Positions 53,101 to 64,000 of a stretch of 64,000 bases of DNA are shown here, piece by piece (position 1 is the stretch's first letter; every line of letters starts with the position of its first letter). The stretch lies in assembly GCA_002633005.1 (NCBI GenBank), contig NMRA01000603.1, positions 189,089 through 253,088 on the forward strand. The letters run 5' to 3'. The stretch is from Phoronis australis (lineage: Eukaryota; Animalia; Phoronida). Under the pieces are notes generated by a model, which was given only the letters and a program-made list of their open reading frames with translations, made no database searches and was not told where the DNA came from. Both the position numbers and the translations under genes were made by a program.

Positions 53101-54153
53101 ACTCGCTTTCCCATTGAAAATGGCCGAAATCAGCCCGTTGAAAATAAACACACTTCTCAATTTTTGAAAAGGCAGTATTTGAACACTAAAATATCTATAT
53201 TAAATATCAAAAACGTGTTTCTGGATCTTAAGATCCGATTCACAGAAAAAAATCATAGTTATCCCTAACTTTTAAGATGTCGCAATAATTACTGAAATAA
53301 GGGTCGAAAAATCCATTTTTGAAAGATCAGAATAAAAACGAAAACAACGCTTGTGTCAAAAAAAATAAAGGTGACTTAGTGCATATCTCGGGTAGACCAA
53401 GCCCTCATAAAGTTTCCCAAAAGTCTGCGGAAGTCGATGTCGAATCACCCGCAGGTGCTCTCAGAAATGATTACTTACATGTGGGAGAAATTGTGCTTTG
53501 AGTGAAAAATATTTCAATTGCCCCGCTCTTCCCTATCATACTTCTTCAGGACATATTCAGTAACCAATATTGCACAAATTGGGGCGTCTACCTTGGTCGC
53601 TCGTTGCTGTGACGTTTCCGGCTCACAAACGCTTAGCACTCTTTGGATTCAGCTTTCAATACAACTATTCTGTGAGCACGTTTCACTCTCGTGCAATGGT
53701 TTTAGGATCATCGTTGTGATTAGGCGTACAACGAAACTTAAGCAATAAGGCTGAAGAATGCATAAATTGAAGCTTTTAAAGTTCACTGACCACTTTTTCT
53801 CCGAGGACATCGTTGATCCATTTGAGTACAGCTCTTGCTAGCTTTACATTCCATTCGAAGAAGGCTGGTCGCTTTACTCTGCAGTGAAAGACGGCCTCTG
53901 GGTTATTTATCTGCAAGGTGACCGTAAAAGTTTTTTACAGTGTGTTGAACATCATAGTCATATTTCGTCTTCAGCCTCACTATACTTTACATTTCGATTA
54001 TCCCAAATAAGGCGAGTGCATTATTACATTCTAGTGACTGTTCTCGGAGATTTAAGAAAAAAACTGGCGTCAATTTTTGGGTAATCACTGCCCAATAAAT
54101 CAGGTAGTGGTCCTGCTTACTAGGTTTCTAAGCTCATGTTTTACATCTTTCAT
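50178..54153 (-). CDS. Divergent calponin-homology (CH) domain protein, transgelin/MP20/myophilin-like; first and last exons uncertain
   Basis: Core exons 53910-53791, 52711-52644 and 50944-50743 splice in frame to ...LARAVLKWINDVLGEKVVDENNITELYMYQTLKNGIIMCRCLEAAG...RPFQIVENIQIFMDKARQMGVEREASFLMADLYEGKDMTQVALGIRNVAKQ. This has the CH motifs W-I, LKNG..LC, F..ENI..F and F...DLYEGKDM.QV. The probable first exon is 54153-54121 (MKDVKHELRNL|gtaagc) and a candidate last exon is 50281-50178. Confidence 0.8.
51620..51860 (-). mobile_element. tRNA-derived SINE-like repeat (family A, copy 2)
   Basis: The reverse strand reads gtcgtgggttcgagtccctctggggcac (B-box), then a body similar to 21806-22005. 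Ends are approximate. Confidence 0.65.
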
Positions 54154-55267
54154 TTTCCGTAAAAAAGCGTTTCAAACAGGGCTGAGGTGGCTTCCGAAGA
54201 CTCAAGAATCTCGCCAAGAAGCAAGATCACCCAAGACCACGTAACCTCACGAAAGTGGTCGACGTGAGTACCAGGGTGCTGTTTATCGAAGACTCTAGTC
54301 ACGGGCGGACCCAGGATTTTAAGTTCGGGAGGGGGGCGGTGCAGACTATTGAATGTGTAGGAGGGCAGCGCAGAATATTAGCACCGCCGAAGTTTTGAAT
54401 TGACTAATGGAATCTGGAAGAATCGGCCAATCGGTAAGATTTAAATCGTAAATTTTAGGACATAATTCGATCATTGTTTTCGTTCAATAAACGAAGATTT
54501 CTGTCTGCATATGCATGCCTAAGCTCTTGGTTCTATTGAACACAGCCTTGGTTCATTAGTTGAATTTGTTTTGTCACCACAAATGTACAAAATTGTAAGA
54601 ATAAAATAATAACATGTGAAATCAAAACTAAAATACAGAGCAGTCAAAACATAACAAGTGATAAAACAAGATTCATGCCGGCCAGGATTACACGGGCAAG
54701 TTTTGAAATGGTTTTGTCTCTGTCGTCCAAGATGCAATGAAGAAAATACGTTGTAATTTTACAAAAGTACATCGAGGAATTGCTTACATGACAACAGTGC
54801 AACGACCACAATACACAAATAAGCACTATGTTAGCAATGCTCAAGATGAAACGTGCTCGCATAATCGGTTTCCCTTTCTATTTTACCGTGCAAAATAAAT
54901 ACAACTCATCACTTTCCGCGAAGAAGCAGATTTGTATGTCAAAGCTTTGAGGTCTTTTGATGTAGGCAGAGGGCGGCACTGTGCAATTCTAAGGTAAACT
55001 TAGGTAAAACCAAGATTTTCTCTGTCTGTCTGAGTGGTTTTCGGTATTCAACGGCTTGGGCATTTGTATTTTAAACTTTAAAAAACTAGACGCTCAATGT
55101 AGTCTGAAGTTCAATTCCACCCACTTACCTGTGACATGTGGGGCAGCGAAACTGTGCGATGTTATCTCAGGACAGGCGGGGTCAAGAGGCGACTTCATTA
55201 AAGAAAAAGATAACACATACAGCATAGTAACATCTGAGGTACACGACTAACTGTTAAAGAAAAACGC

Positions 55268-55510
55268 CAGGGGTGGCATACAATCATACGCACGAACATC
55301 CGAATCATACGAATCACCTACCAACCTACAAATCATGCAAACGAATCTAAAAATCTCGCATACGAACAAAAATCATGCGCACGAACTACCAAAATCATAC
55401 ATATGAACACAAATAATACACACACGAGCATCCGAACCATACGAATGAACCACCAAACGATAAAATGTTCGTGCGTGTGATTCCATGCTCGTGTGTATGA
55501 TATTATGTTC
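55268..55510. mobile_element. Partial MITE, family B
   Basis: The same catacgcacgaa / catacgaacaaa..catgcgcacgaacta / caccaaacga...ttcgtgcgtgtgat array is seen at 38243-38430. Confidence 0.7.
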
Positions 55511-58500
55511 CTATGATGAAAAACGGAGAAGTTGCGAAAATTTTAGTGGTTTTAAAGAACGTGACATTCTTCCTCTTGGCCTAGTGTTAAACATATGTTT
55601 GATAATTTGTCCTAGAGACAAGATTTTTACATTGCATTAGAGCTCAGGTAGTACTTCATCATACGGATACATTCTTAGGATATTGCAACCTTTCGATGTT
55701 ATTGTACATGTACTACGTTTAGATGACTTCACGTTACGCACATCAGCTAGGCAGAGGTAGTACGTATTCCAACGACCGGCTTACCGAATCGCAAACAGAT
55801 GATCCTTCTTTGCAAAATTTGAGGTCATGAGACCGAGAAGTATTCCAAAATTATTGGTGAAATTTGTTCGGCAGAAGTTTTTGGTGTTCACAGTTTAGTT
55901 TGCTTGTACTAAACAAACATTTCAACCGTATATTCCATATTTAGAATCTGACCATCGGGACAAACGAATCCAAACAAGACCTACGCATGGGAGGCGCAAC
56001 CCCAGATCAAATTAAGCATTCCAGCTCTAAGATGTCAATCAAATTGTAGCGAGCTCTTATAGGCGGATTTAGGGGGGAGGGCATCACAATAATCGCCATT
56101 GTTTTAGATTACTTGTTATTGGTATTATCCTATAACAAAGGACGGACTGATATCAAAAACAATAGGTAAATGACCTGACCGATAACCCACCAGATTAGCC
56201 TTATTGTAGCCATTTTCAAACTTGCTCTTTAGAAGCACAGGCAGACGAATTTACCGATGACTCACAATCAAATATGAAATATTATGGCCGGACACTAAAA
56301 CTTTTCTGAGCCTAAGCTCCCAGCTTCAACTGTCACAAATTCAAAATAAAATCCGCGTGCACCTCCCTCAGGCTGGTGTTGAATAAACCTCCGATGCCTT
56401 ATCTTCCCCTGATCCCATTAAATTGTTCTTGGGAGTTGTGAATTGGCGACGGAATTTCCAAAACAATCAAAAAACCCTGAATTCAATAGTTAACATGGCA
56501 GATTTCACTTGAGCTTTAACTTGTACACCTGTCGAAGAACGAGTTTGTCAAAGTTAAGATACATGTATTTGTTCCAAATTTAAATTATTGAGGTTACTAA
56601 AATTAGCGTTCCATTTAAGTGTAATTTGCGTATTCTTATAGCTCATCTCTTAACCTAGAATTTTATGGCAAAAATTGGCGTTTCTTGTGTTTGATCTTGA
56701 CATCATGTGCTACTCTTGGTTGAAGCACAACGATGTCCGTTTAGCCGCGGGAAATCACTTATCGGCAATCTTTTGGGCATCGCAGTATGCCTACGTCAGT
56801 TCCCAGCAACCCGTGGTTATTCGGTTTTGAACAACGTTATTTTACAAAACCAGAGGTTAGGTACATTCAAATTGATACTAAACTATGTGTAGGACACTCA
56901 AATAACATGCGTGGGCGCGCGAAAACAGAGCTTCGAATTTGATTCAGGAGCGTCCATGAAAAATACGGATGTGTACGAAGGTGGTCTGCAATGAACGTCA
57001 TAAAATAGGCTCCTTGTTTGTGATTTTGGAGGTGTTTTTTGACATTTTTGTAGTCAAATAACCACTCAAAGGCAGTTTGATATGATCAAGTGAAAGAAAG
57101 ATTTTGTGGAGTGCCACGCACATTTTAGTAGAAAATTCTGAGGAACAGATTTTTAGTGTCCATCCTTTATGTAATATTAGTTGTAGTGAGTGACGTCAGG
57201 GGTGATCAAGGAACAGATAGACTCAAGTGTCTGTGATTTGAAGTACATTATTAGTTTCGCGTGTAAGCGTATAAGGGTTTTCCTTTTGAAGTGGATCGTA
57301 CTCAAAACGTCTGAAGAATTGCCTTCTAGTGAACAGGTTTATGACGGTTATATGTCACGTACATCTTTGTTCAAGGCAACATTATCAGATAACAATTTCC
57401 ATTTTTAGATATTACCACTAATTTCTCACCTTGCATTTAGATGTTGGAGGCGTTCATGATGAAGTGATTTCTCGTGCAGCGACATACAGTGTACGCAGTG
57501 CACATCGCAATGTGATGTAACAATTTCTCTCTTCAACAATCAACTTCACCCAAAGTAAACTTGAGCCTATGCTCATTTGATACGAAGTTCGCCATTTCCA
57601 AGTGACGTTCGCATGTACATTACTTTGAATAGTTTATACAGATTTTACAACATGTTTGGCAGTTTTTTTATTTTCGAATATATCTACAAAAGGTACCGAG
57701 AGTAGCACAGATGAAGTAATATCCCTCTGCGCCTGAATTGCAGAATATGTAATATTTAGCAAATGAACCCGAGACAAAAGTGTCATATAATTAACAATTT
57801 TGTACCAGATGTCATGTTTTGGGACCTGCTGCAAGTTGAGAGTTATTTATACTGCTGTAATTTTATTACTTTGAACCATTTTAGGTTAGTTTGATGATAG
57901 AACCGGCTATCTACGTCGGGTCGACATTGACCTGCATTTTGAGCTGTCCATCAGAGGGCACTGTTAAAGTAGTTCCGGTATTGCCATACGGAAAAATATG
58001 ACATGGACATATTGCACTCGACTTATTCAACGCGTATGAGAGAAATACACAAAATGTTCCGAGAGTGGCTTAGATGAAGTAATATTCCACGAGACATTAT
58101 TCCGCGTATCGACCTAGATCGAAGGTCGAGGTCGATGTGTGGAATAATGTTGAGTTAAATCATCTTTAAGTATTTCCCAGTTGTTTTCTGCATTTATTTG
58201 ATAAAAATTGCCAATAATAAAACAAAACTTATACCACATTGACTTTGTTATTTAATTTTATTGGAAAACTCGTGCAGCTTGTCTGTGGAGTGTTTTCAAC
58301 ACATAGTTATGTCGATGACTATTTTGTAATTTTCAGGTTATTCTTTAGTTTCTCCAAAAATATTTTCAAAAATGAAAATCAAAACTATTGTTTTTACTTT
58401 AGAGTGTCATTGTTGAATAATTATTTAAACATCTTTACAATTGGTTGCGGTTTAAGGATCGTCGATTTTCTTGTCAAGAATACATTATTTCGGCACAGTC

Positions 58501-58728
58501 AACGTCCGGATTTTGAAGTGAGAATTATTCACTCAACATACCTGCACCGGCACCAATTTCACCGTTATTGCCTTCAAAAAAGTGCAATTCAAATTCTCTT
58601 TGACCGTTAGATGGAATTTGCAATCGAAATGTCTGAACTCAACATATTCACACTTTTTGGCAGATCACTGCTTCAAAACTTGTCCCGAGATTCGATTTGC
58701 TGGAATTAAAATACTAAAAACTTGTAAC

Positions 58729-58950
58729 CACGGGCGGATCCAGGATTTTTATTTAGGGGGGCAGGGCACAAGAATAACCAGAATTTCGGCAAATGCGCTA
58801 AATTGTGGGGATGCAGGGGTCTCGAATTTTGTGTTTGCGGACCTGTTGACTAAAAAAACGGTAAACGAGGTTTGTGCAGGGCCTGTGCATTGTTTATTCA
58901 ATTTATTCAGCCCCCCCGAGCCCCTTGGTTGCGTGGATNAGATCCGATAA
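58729..58950. mobile_element. MITE remnant with GGGCGGATCCAGGATTT-type end (family C)
   Basis: Starts cacgggcggatccaggatttttatttagggggg. Related ends occur at 3325, 54300, 56060 and 61332-61487. Confidence 0.55.
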
Positions 58951-60675
58951 TTTGTAGTGACATGTACGCAATCTCATGCAAAGAGAACACTTGATTAACG
59001 AATTGGGAAAAAAGAAAATGGCCAAAGGGTGACGCAATATTTCAGGGCACCGAATGTCGACGCAAAAAATCGTACCACAAGTTTAGCAACTGAAAAGCTG
59101 TAGAACGCCAACGGATCATGAGTTGTCTAAAATTCTCATATATTAAAACAACCTATCACAACAACAATTTAAAGTAGGAAGATTTATTATTTTCATCAAA
59201 GTGTGAAACTGATAGATTCAGAATGAACACATAGCACTTTAAAGTACTAAGGTACTACTTTATTGAGATAAATAATGTTTGACATCAAGTGAGGGAGTGG
59301 TGTTTCGGTCCGCGGGTGTCCTGTCCGATCTCCAGGGTTCCTGTTTTAAATGTAGGGGTTAGTGTTTTTCGGGATGGTTAACTGTTTTGAAGGTACGAGA
59401 GTCTGTTTTCGGCTGCAGGATATCTGCTTTACAACGGCGTTCCAATTTTCGAGACGTCACTCTGAGTTTTAGTGTTGCAGTGAGAACAAGAAACTGTAAA
59501 AAAGTTCAATCGTTCGGGCTTTCAAGGTAAGATTGATACGATTGATAAAAAGTCTGTTGCATCGACATAAGTTTCCTCCAAGTTTTAAAGAATTGGAAAG
59601 GTTCTTAAACCTATTAAAATATGTCTTAAGAATTTAAAGTTCGCCTATTCATCGTTTGATTACGGCGTACGGTGGAGGGTCACAGTGAAGGAAAGAACTT
59701 GGATCTTCAAGGCATACGCCTCTATGTTTTTAGGTCATTTAGAAACAGATCCACTTCCTTCAAATTTCATTAGAAAAGATTGATTTCCATTTGGCGACAA
59801 AAAGTTTCTCAAACTCTGCTTATGTAAAAACATTATAACGTTGTGCAGAAAATGTTATAGACACTGACTACATATATAGACAAGAAAAAATTAACGAAAT
59901 TAGCAAAACTGACGTGACGATGTCGTCGGCACAACAGTTTCAAAACCTGCGTTGGTCTGCCATGCAATTGCTCTTTAATTAAGCCGAGAGACGGCGATTT
60001 TTCATGGTATTCCTCTTGGGACTGAATCTCCTTTTCGTCATGCATATAGTCGATCTTAGGAACACCTTTGGCTCCACATCGTGGCTACTTAGTATTGGAC
60101 AAGTTCGCCACTTTATCAAGATTCGGGTAGACAAAGAGTACGCGCTGCAACGCAATCGACAGAGACACAGGCCAGTATTTTTTTCTAATGGGCAATCATG
60201 TTACAAAGGCAACATCCGATTATTTGGCATTCGACGTGGGATTATCAATCCGTATGTAGTGTGAGGAGCGTACGTCCCGGGTTTTATGCGTCCGGTTTAT
60301 GAATTTCGGGTTCTGTGTATCCCGTCTTTTGCGTTATAGTCCTGGCGCTAGGCGGACGAGTGTGCAAGTTAATAACTGCTGTCATATAAGGAATTAAAAA
60401 ATAGCAAGTACACATTTCTTTGCATTCATAAGACTTACTTTGGAACAATCTGATTTGAGCCAAGGTTTACACATCTTGTGGCAGATTACCAGTGATAATT
60501 AATATATGCATGAAGACTTCACAGAAAAAATATTTATTAAGGATAGTTCTACTGACACACCCAATCAACGGAAGCCATTGAAGATGGGCAACAGACACAG
60601 AATTTTTAAACATTCGATGAAATTAGTGAGGACAAGAAATGCTCTAATGATGAAGTACAAGGAGAGAAATTCAGG

Positions 60676-60750
60676 TGTATCAACTGGGAATCGAACCACC
60701 GATCCCAGATTGCCGGTCTAGTGCACTTATCACTAAGCTGGGGAGGTTCC
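60676..60750 (-). mobile_element. tRNA-like SINE head (not a functional tRNA)
   Basis: The reverse strand has an A-box-like agcttagtga, an anticodon-like arm and a B-box ggttcgattccc, but the acceptor stem cannot pair. Confidence 0.55.
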
Positions 60751-61331
60751 TCAAATCGGTAATGCGTTTTCACTGCCTATGTCGCCAACTGTGACGTCAT
60801 GCCTCCCATGAGTGACGTCCAGTCTTTTTCACACGAGATTTTGTCAAGTAAATCAGCAATTCAGCACTATTGTAATCCAAATAGTATCTCATAGACACCT
60901 ACAGTATGTTGGCTAAGGGAAATAATGAAATGGTTAAATATGTTCTGTGCGCGACACCTGTGCACTCGTGTATGGTATCTCGACGAAGAAAAATCGACGA
61001 AGAAAAACGGTAGACTACAGATATAAAGAAGATACATTTTGTTTGTAAATTTATTAAAAATCCGACCAAAACTTAACTGATAGAGTGGGAAATCAAAAAA
61101 CCATGACAGATTAAAATAGGCCTACTTCGGGTTGGCAAACAATCGATACATAGTAAAGTAACGTGTTGATTTTGGACATCTTCATTGGATCATGGTCGTT
61201 GTCAGATCAAGCGATGCTCCCTGGAATTTTCGAATGCGAGCTGGATCTTGGAAATACGCTTTGGCTATGTCGCAAACGGCGATCTTATGTTAATTTTCTT
61301 TGCTGGTTGAGGGTTGACTATGGACCTATAG

Positions 61332-61487
61332 CAGTGGCGGATTAAAGCGGGGGCCATTGGGGCCATGGCTCCCCAAAAATTCTCCCAAATTCCATTTGGC
61401 ACTTCAGGGGTGCAAATGTCTGACGGGCAAAATCCTGGCTAATACTCTGCCCTGGCCCCCTAACTAAAAATCCTGGATCCGCCCCTG
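61332..61487. mobile_element. Complete short MITE, family C
   Basis: TIRs cagtggcggatt and gatccgcccctg, with G-run and C-run subterminal segments; 156 bp. Confidence 0.7.
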
Positions 61488-64000
61488 CATAGAACCCGGT
61501 GTTAATGTAACCGTTGTTCGGCTTGAGTGTGCAGGTACTTGAACGAAGCATCCAGGTAATCCAGTGAATAACGCCCCCCTACATGCATCCGGGCATTCTG
61601 ATACATGCAGTTACATGTAGGACATTTTTACAGGGGGACAATCACACCTACCACACAGGGACACACAGTACCCGGGACACATAGAACCCAGCCCGATGCA
61701 CAGAAAACTGGACATAAAGAACCGGGGACACATCGGGATGACCCTGTAGTGTGCCAGCTTGTGACGATAAATCAATGCTAATGCCCTGAATTGTTTTTGA
61801 CAGTGCCTCAATAAAAATATAAAATCTAGGCAATGACAAAATTACAAGTGGATTTTACAAGCAGTAGTTGCACATTTGTGAATTTTGAAGACATATATTC
61901 ACGCGATTCTTTACTAAGTTTCGTGTTGAACAATAGCTTTCAATGCAAATCTCTCGTTTTGCTAGTTTTACAATTCGAAACTTATAAATATGTTTCAGGT
62001 TATATAAGATTCATTAGCCTTAGATCCAAATTTAGTAGATCAAAATGGCTGGAAGTTTTTATCAGAATATTTATTTATGATCATATGTTTAATGTGGTCG
62101 AACCTATTATAATGAAACCAAAGGTTGTTATAAAGTATCGCACATGACAGACTAAAGGTATAACAATGCGCCAATAGAGTTAAAGTTATTTTAATCGAAA
62201 CAGGTTGAAATCATCGTTGATATCTGTTTCAAACTACCAGAAACTAGCCTCATAATTATTCGCACCATTTTAATTCACATTGCACATGTGGATTACACGA
62301 TGGAAATTAATTTCTCTTTTTCCATCTCCGTTTGCCGGCAGATAAGTGATATCAGTGATATATAAATTGGCACGTGATGCGTTCTTTCACATTACAAAGA
62401 CCAATGGAGACACTTCAGGCTGATCAAAACGATCAGGCAGAGCTGTGAAGAAACGAGATCATCTGATTCAGTCTGTTTGTTTGGGTATGTGTATTTTTGA
62501 CCAAAATTCAACTAGGGACTTCCGATAGAGGGCCTTGGGCCGTTTTTTTTTTTGGAGCAACAGGCCAAATTTCTTCAAGTAGCTTTTTGCACAACAATAG
62601 TAATCCGGGAGCTGATATGCTGATATTAACATGGTTGCCTCTCCATAAACTTGACTCTACTGTCCGAGTGATATGTCCTGATGAAATGATCTAATGACAC
62701 GATAATGGATATTTACCGCTCCTGTTGTAACTATCAAAAGTCTCTCTCCCATTAGAGGCAAGACTTTGCTTTACCGAAGTTTCGGTGAGCGGGAGAGGTT
62801 ATATCCAAGCGCAATTTCGCTGAAAAGAATAAGATTTAAAGGCAAATCTTCGGTACTCACCAAAAACTTCGGTGTAGTGGGAACAGTCAAAGACATCGAT
62901 CACGCGAGACTCGCAAAACGTGTTCATTGCGATTGTAGCGCAGCCGACGTACTCTTAATAGACGCACGTAAATACAATGTAACTAAAAGGAACTATATCT
63001 GAGCCCGGTCTCTAATTTTTGTACTTCAAACGAACTCGATATTATTTTTGGCAATTTCTCAGCTCCTTTTGTGCGAACTCAAAGGCACTATTTCCGCTTC
63101 ATTTTTGTTAAAAACTTCATGAAACGGATCTTTACGCAAACACTTTTATTCGAAACCTAAGCCCAAATAATAGCCTTTGCTATGGCATCGAATTTTTTTA
63201 TAGTGAACTGAATTTAATACAGATTTTTTTAGCTTAATTTTTTCATTTTGTGTGGTGCACCAAGAAATAAATGGATGCCGGACGAAGTGTCAATCGAAGA
63301 TTCGAGTGTCGAATATGAACTTGGAGTTTCGGTTAATCTCAAGATCGTGTACAGGCCTACGTGAACTCGAAATACCCACTCAAATAATCACGTTCATGCT
63401 AATATAATTAGTTAACGGGTGAATTAAGTGCTTCTGGAACAAATAATTACAGAAATTTGCTACATTGAACAAAATATTCACCAGATTTCTTTAATGTGTG
63501 TTTAATTAAGAGCTCACGCTTACGCGATCTTCAGATTAAGCAAAATTCAAGTTCACGCATACCAAACAAGTAATGGCAGGCGTTCGGTAAAAGATAGGTT
63601 GTCCTCCGTTGAAAAGGCTTGCTAATCGTCCTCAAGTTAACTATTACCGCCGTAAAGTTTGAAATGAAGATCAGTTTGGGTGCTGGACTTATCTGCGATC
63701 CCAGATGGCTGTTACACGGTCTCAGTAAGGAAAGAATTTGCTCGACAGGTAAGTCGTCAACCAATGACCGAGGCGCACTTTCAATGCTAACCATAAAGTT
63801 TTCTGAATGTTATGGTAGATTTATTTTGCTGCCTACCAGTACACCGACATTACAATATTCCTTTAGTAAAATTCTTGGTGTCTTTGACTGAGTATTTTTT
63901 TGCGTTATTTTACTGTTTTAGTTGTTAAGTATCAGTCCACGGATCCACCGACCACAGTACAGCCAACAAGCGGCAAGGTGGGGGGTCAACCATTCAGATC

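Noticed and set aside
55129-55160. Peptide SFAAPHVTG resembling the subtilisin catalytic-Ser motif
   Set aside because: It lacks the preceding GT and any other subtilase exon in the window, so a chance match is likely.
60676-60750. Possible tRNA gene (GGC anticodon-like loop)
   Set aside because: The acceptor stem does not pair and the D-loop GG is missing. It is treated as a SINE head, as are the B-box hits at 21806, 25660 and 51810.

Overview
Intron-rich animal (invertebrate, probably lophotrochozoan; taxon is an inference) genomic DNA, not prokaryotic, so most listed ORFs are exon fragments or noise. Four spliced genes can be rebuilt by hand. (1) The 5' end of a nucleostemin/GNL3-GNL3L orthologue on the minus strand, running off the left edge. 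(2) A complete polybromo-1 (PBRM1/BAF180) gene on the plus strand, head-to-head with GNL3 as in human: 37 coding exons, about 1,734-1,753 aa, 6 bromodomains, 2 BAH, HMG box, AT-hook-like motifs, a long Q/P/M/G-rich tail and one GC-AG intron. (3) A complete 7-exon, 340-aa, predicted secreted heme peroxidase of the non-animal (peroxidase-catalase; APX/CcP/plant-type) superfamily on the minus strand, the most unusual gene here. (4) A divergent calponin-homology (transgelin/MP20-like) gene on the minus strand that may end in a CaaX box. Introns and intergenic DNA carry nested MITEs, tRNA-derived SINE-like repeats, simple repeats, a 92-N gap and a probable false haplotype duplication. All gene models come from manual splice-site and frame reading plus remembered family motifs; no database search was run.
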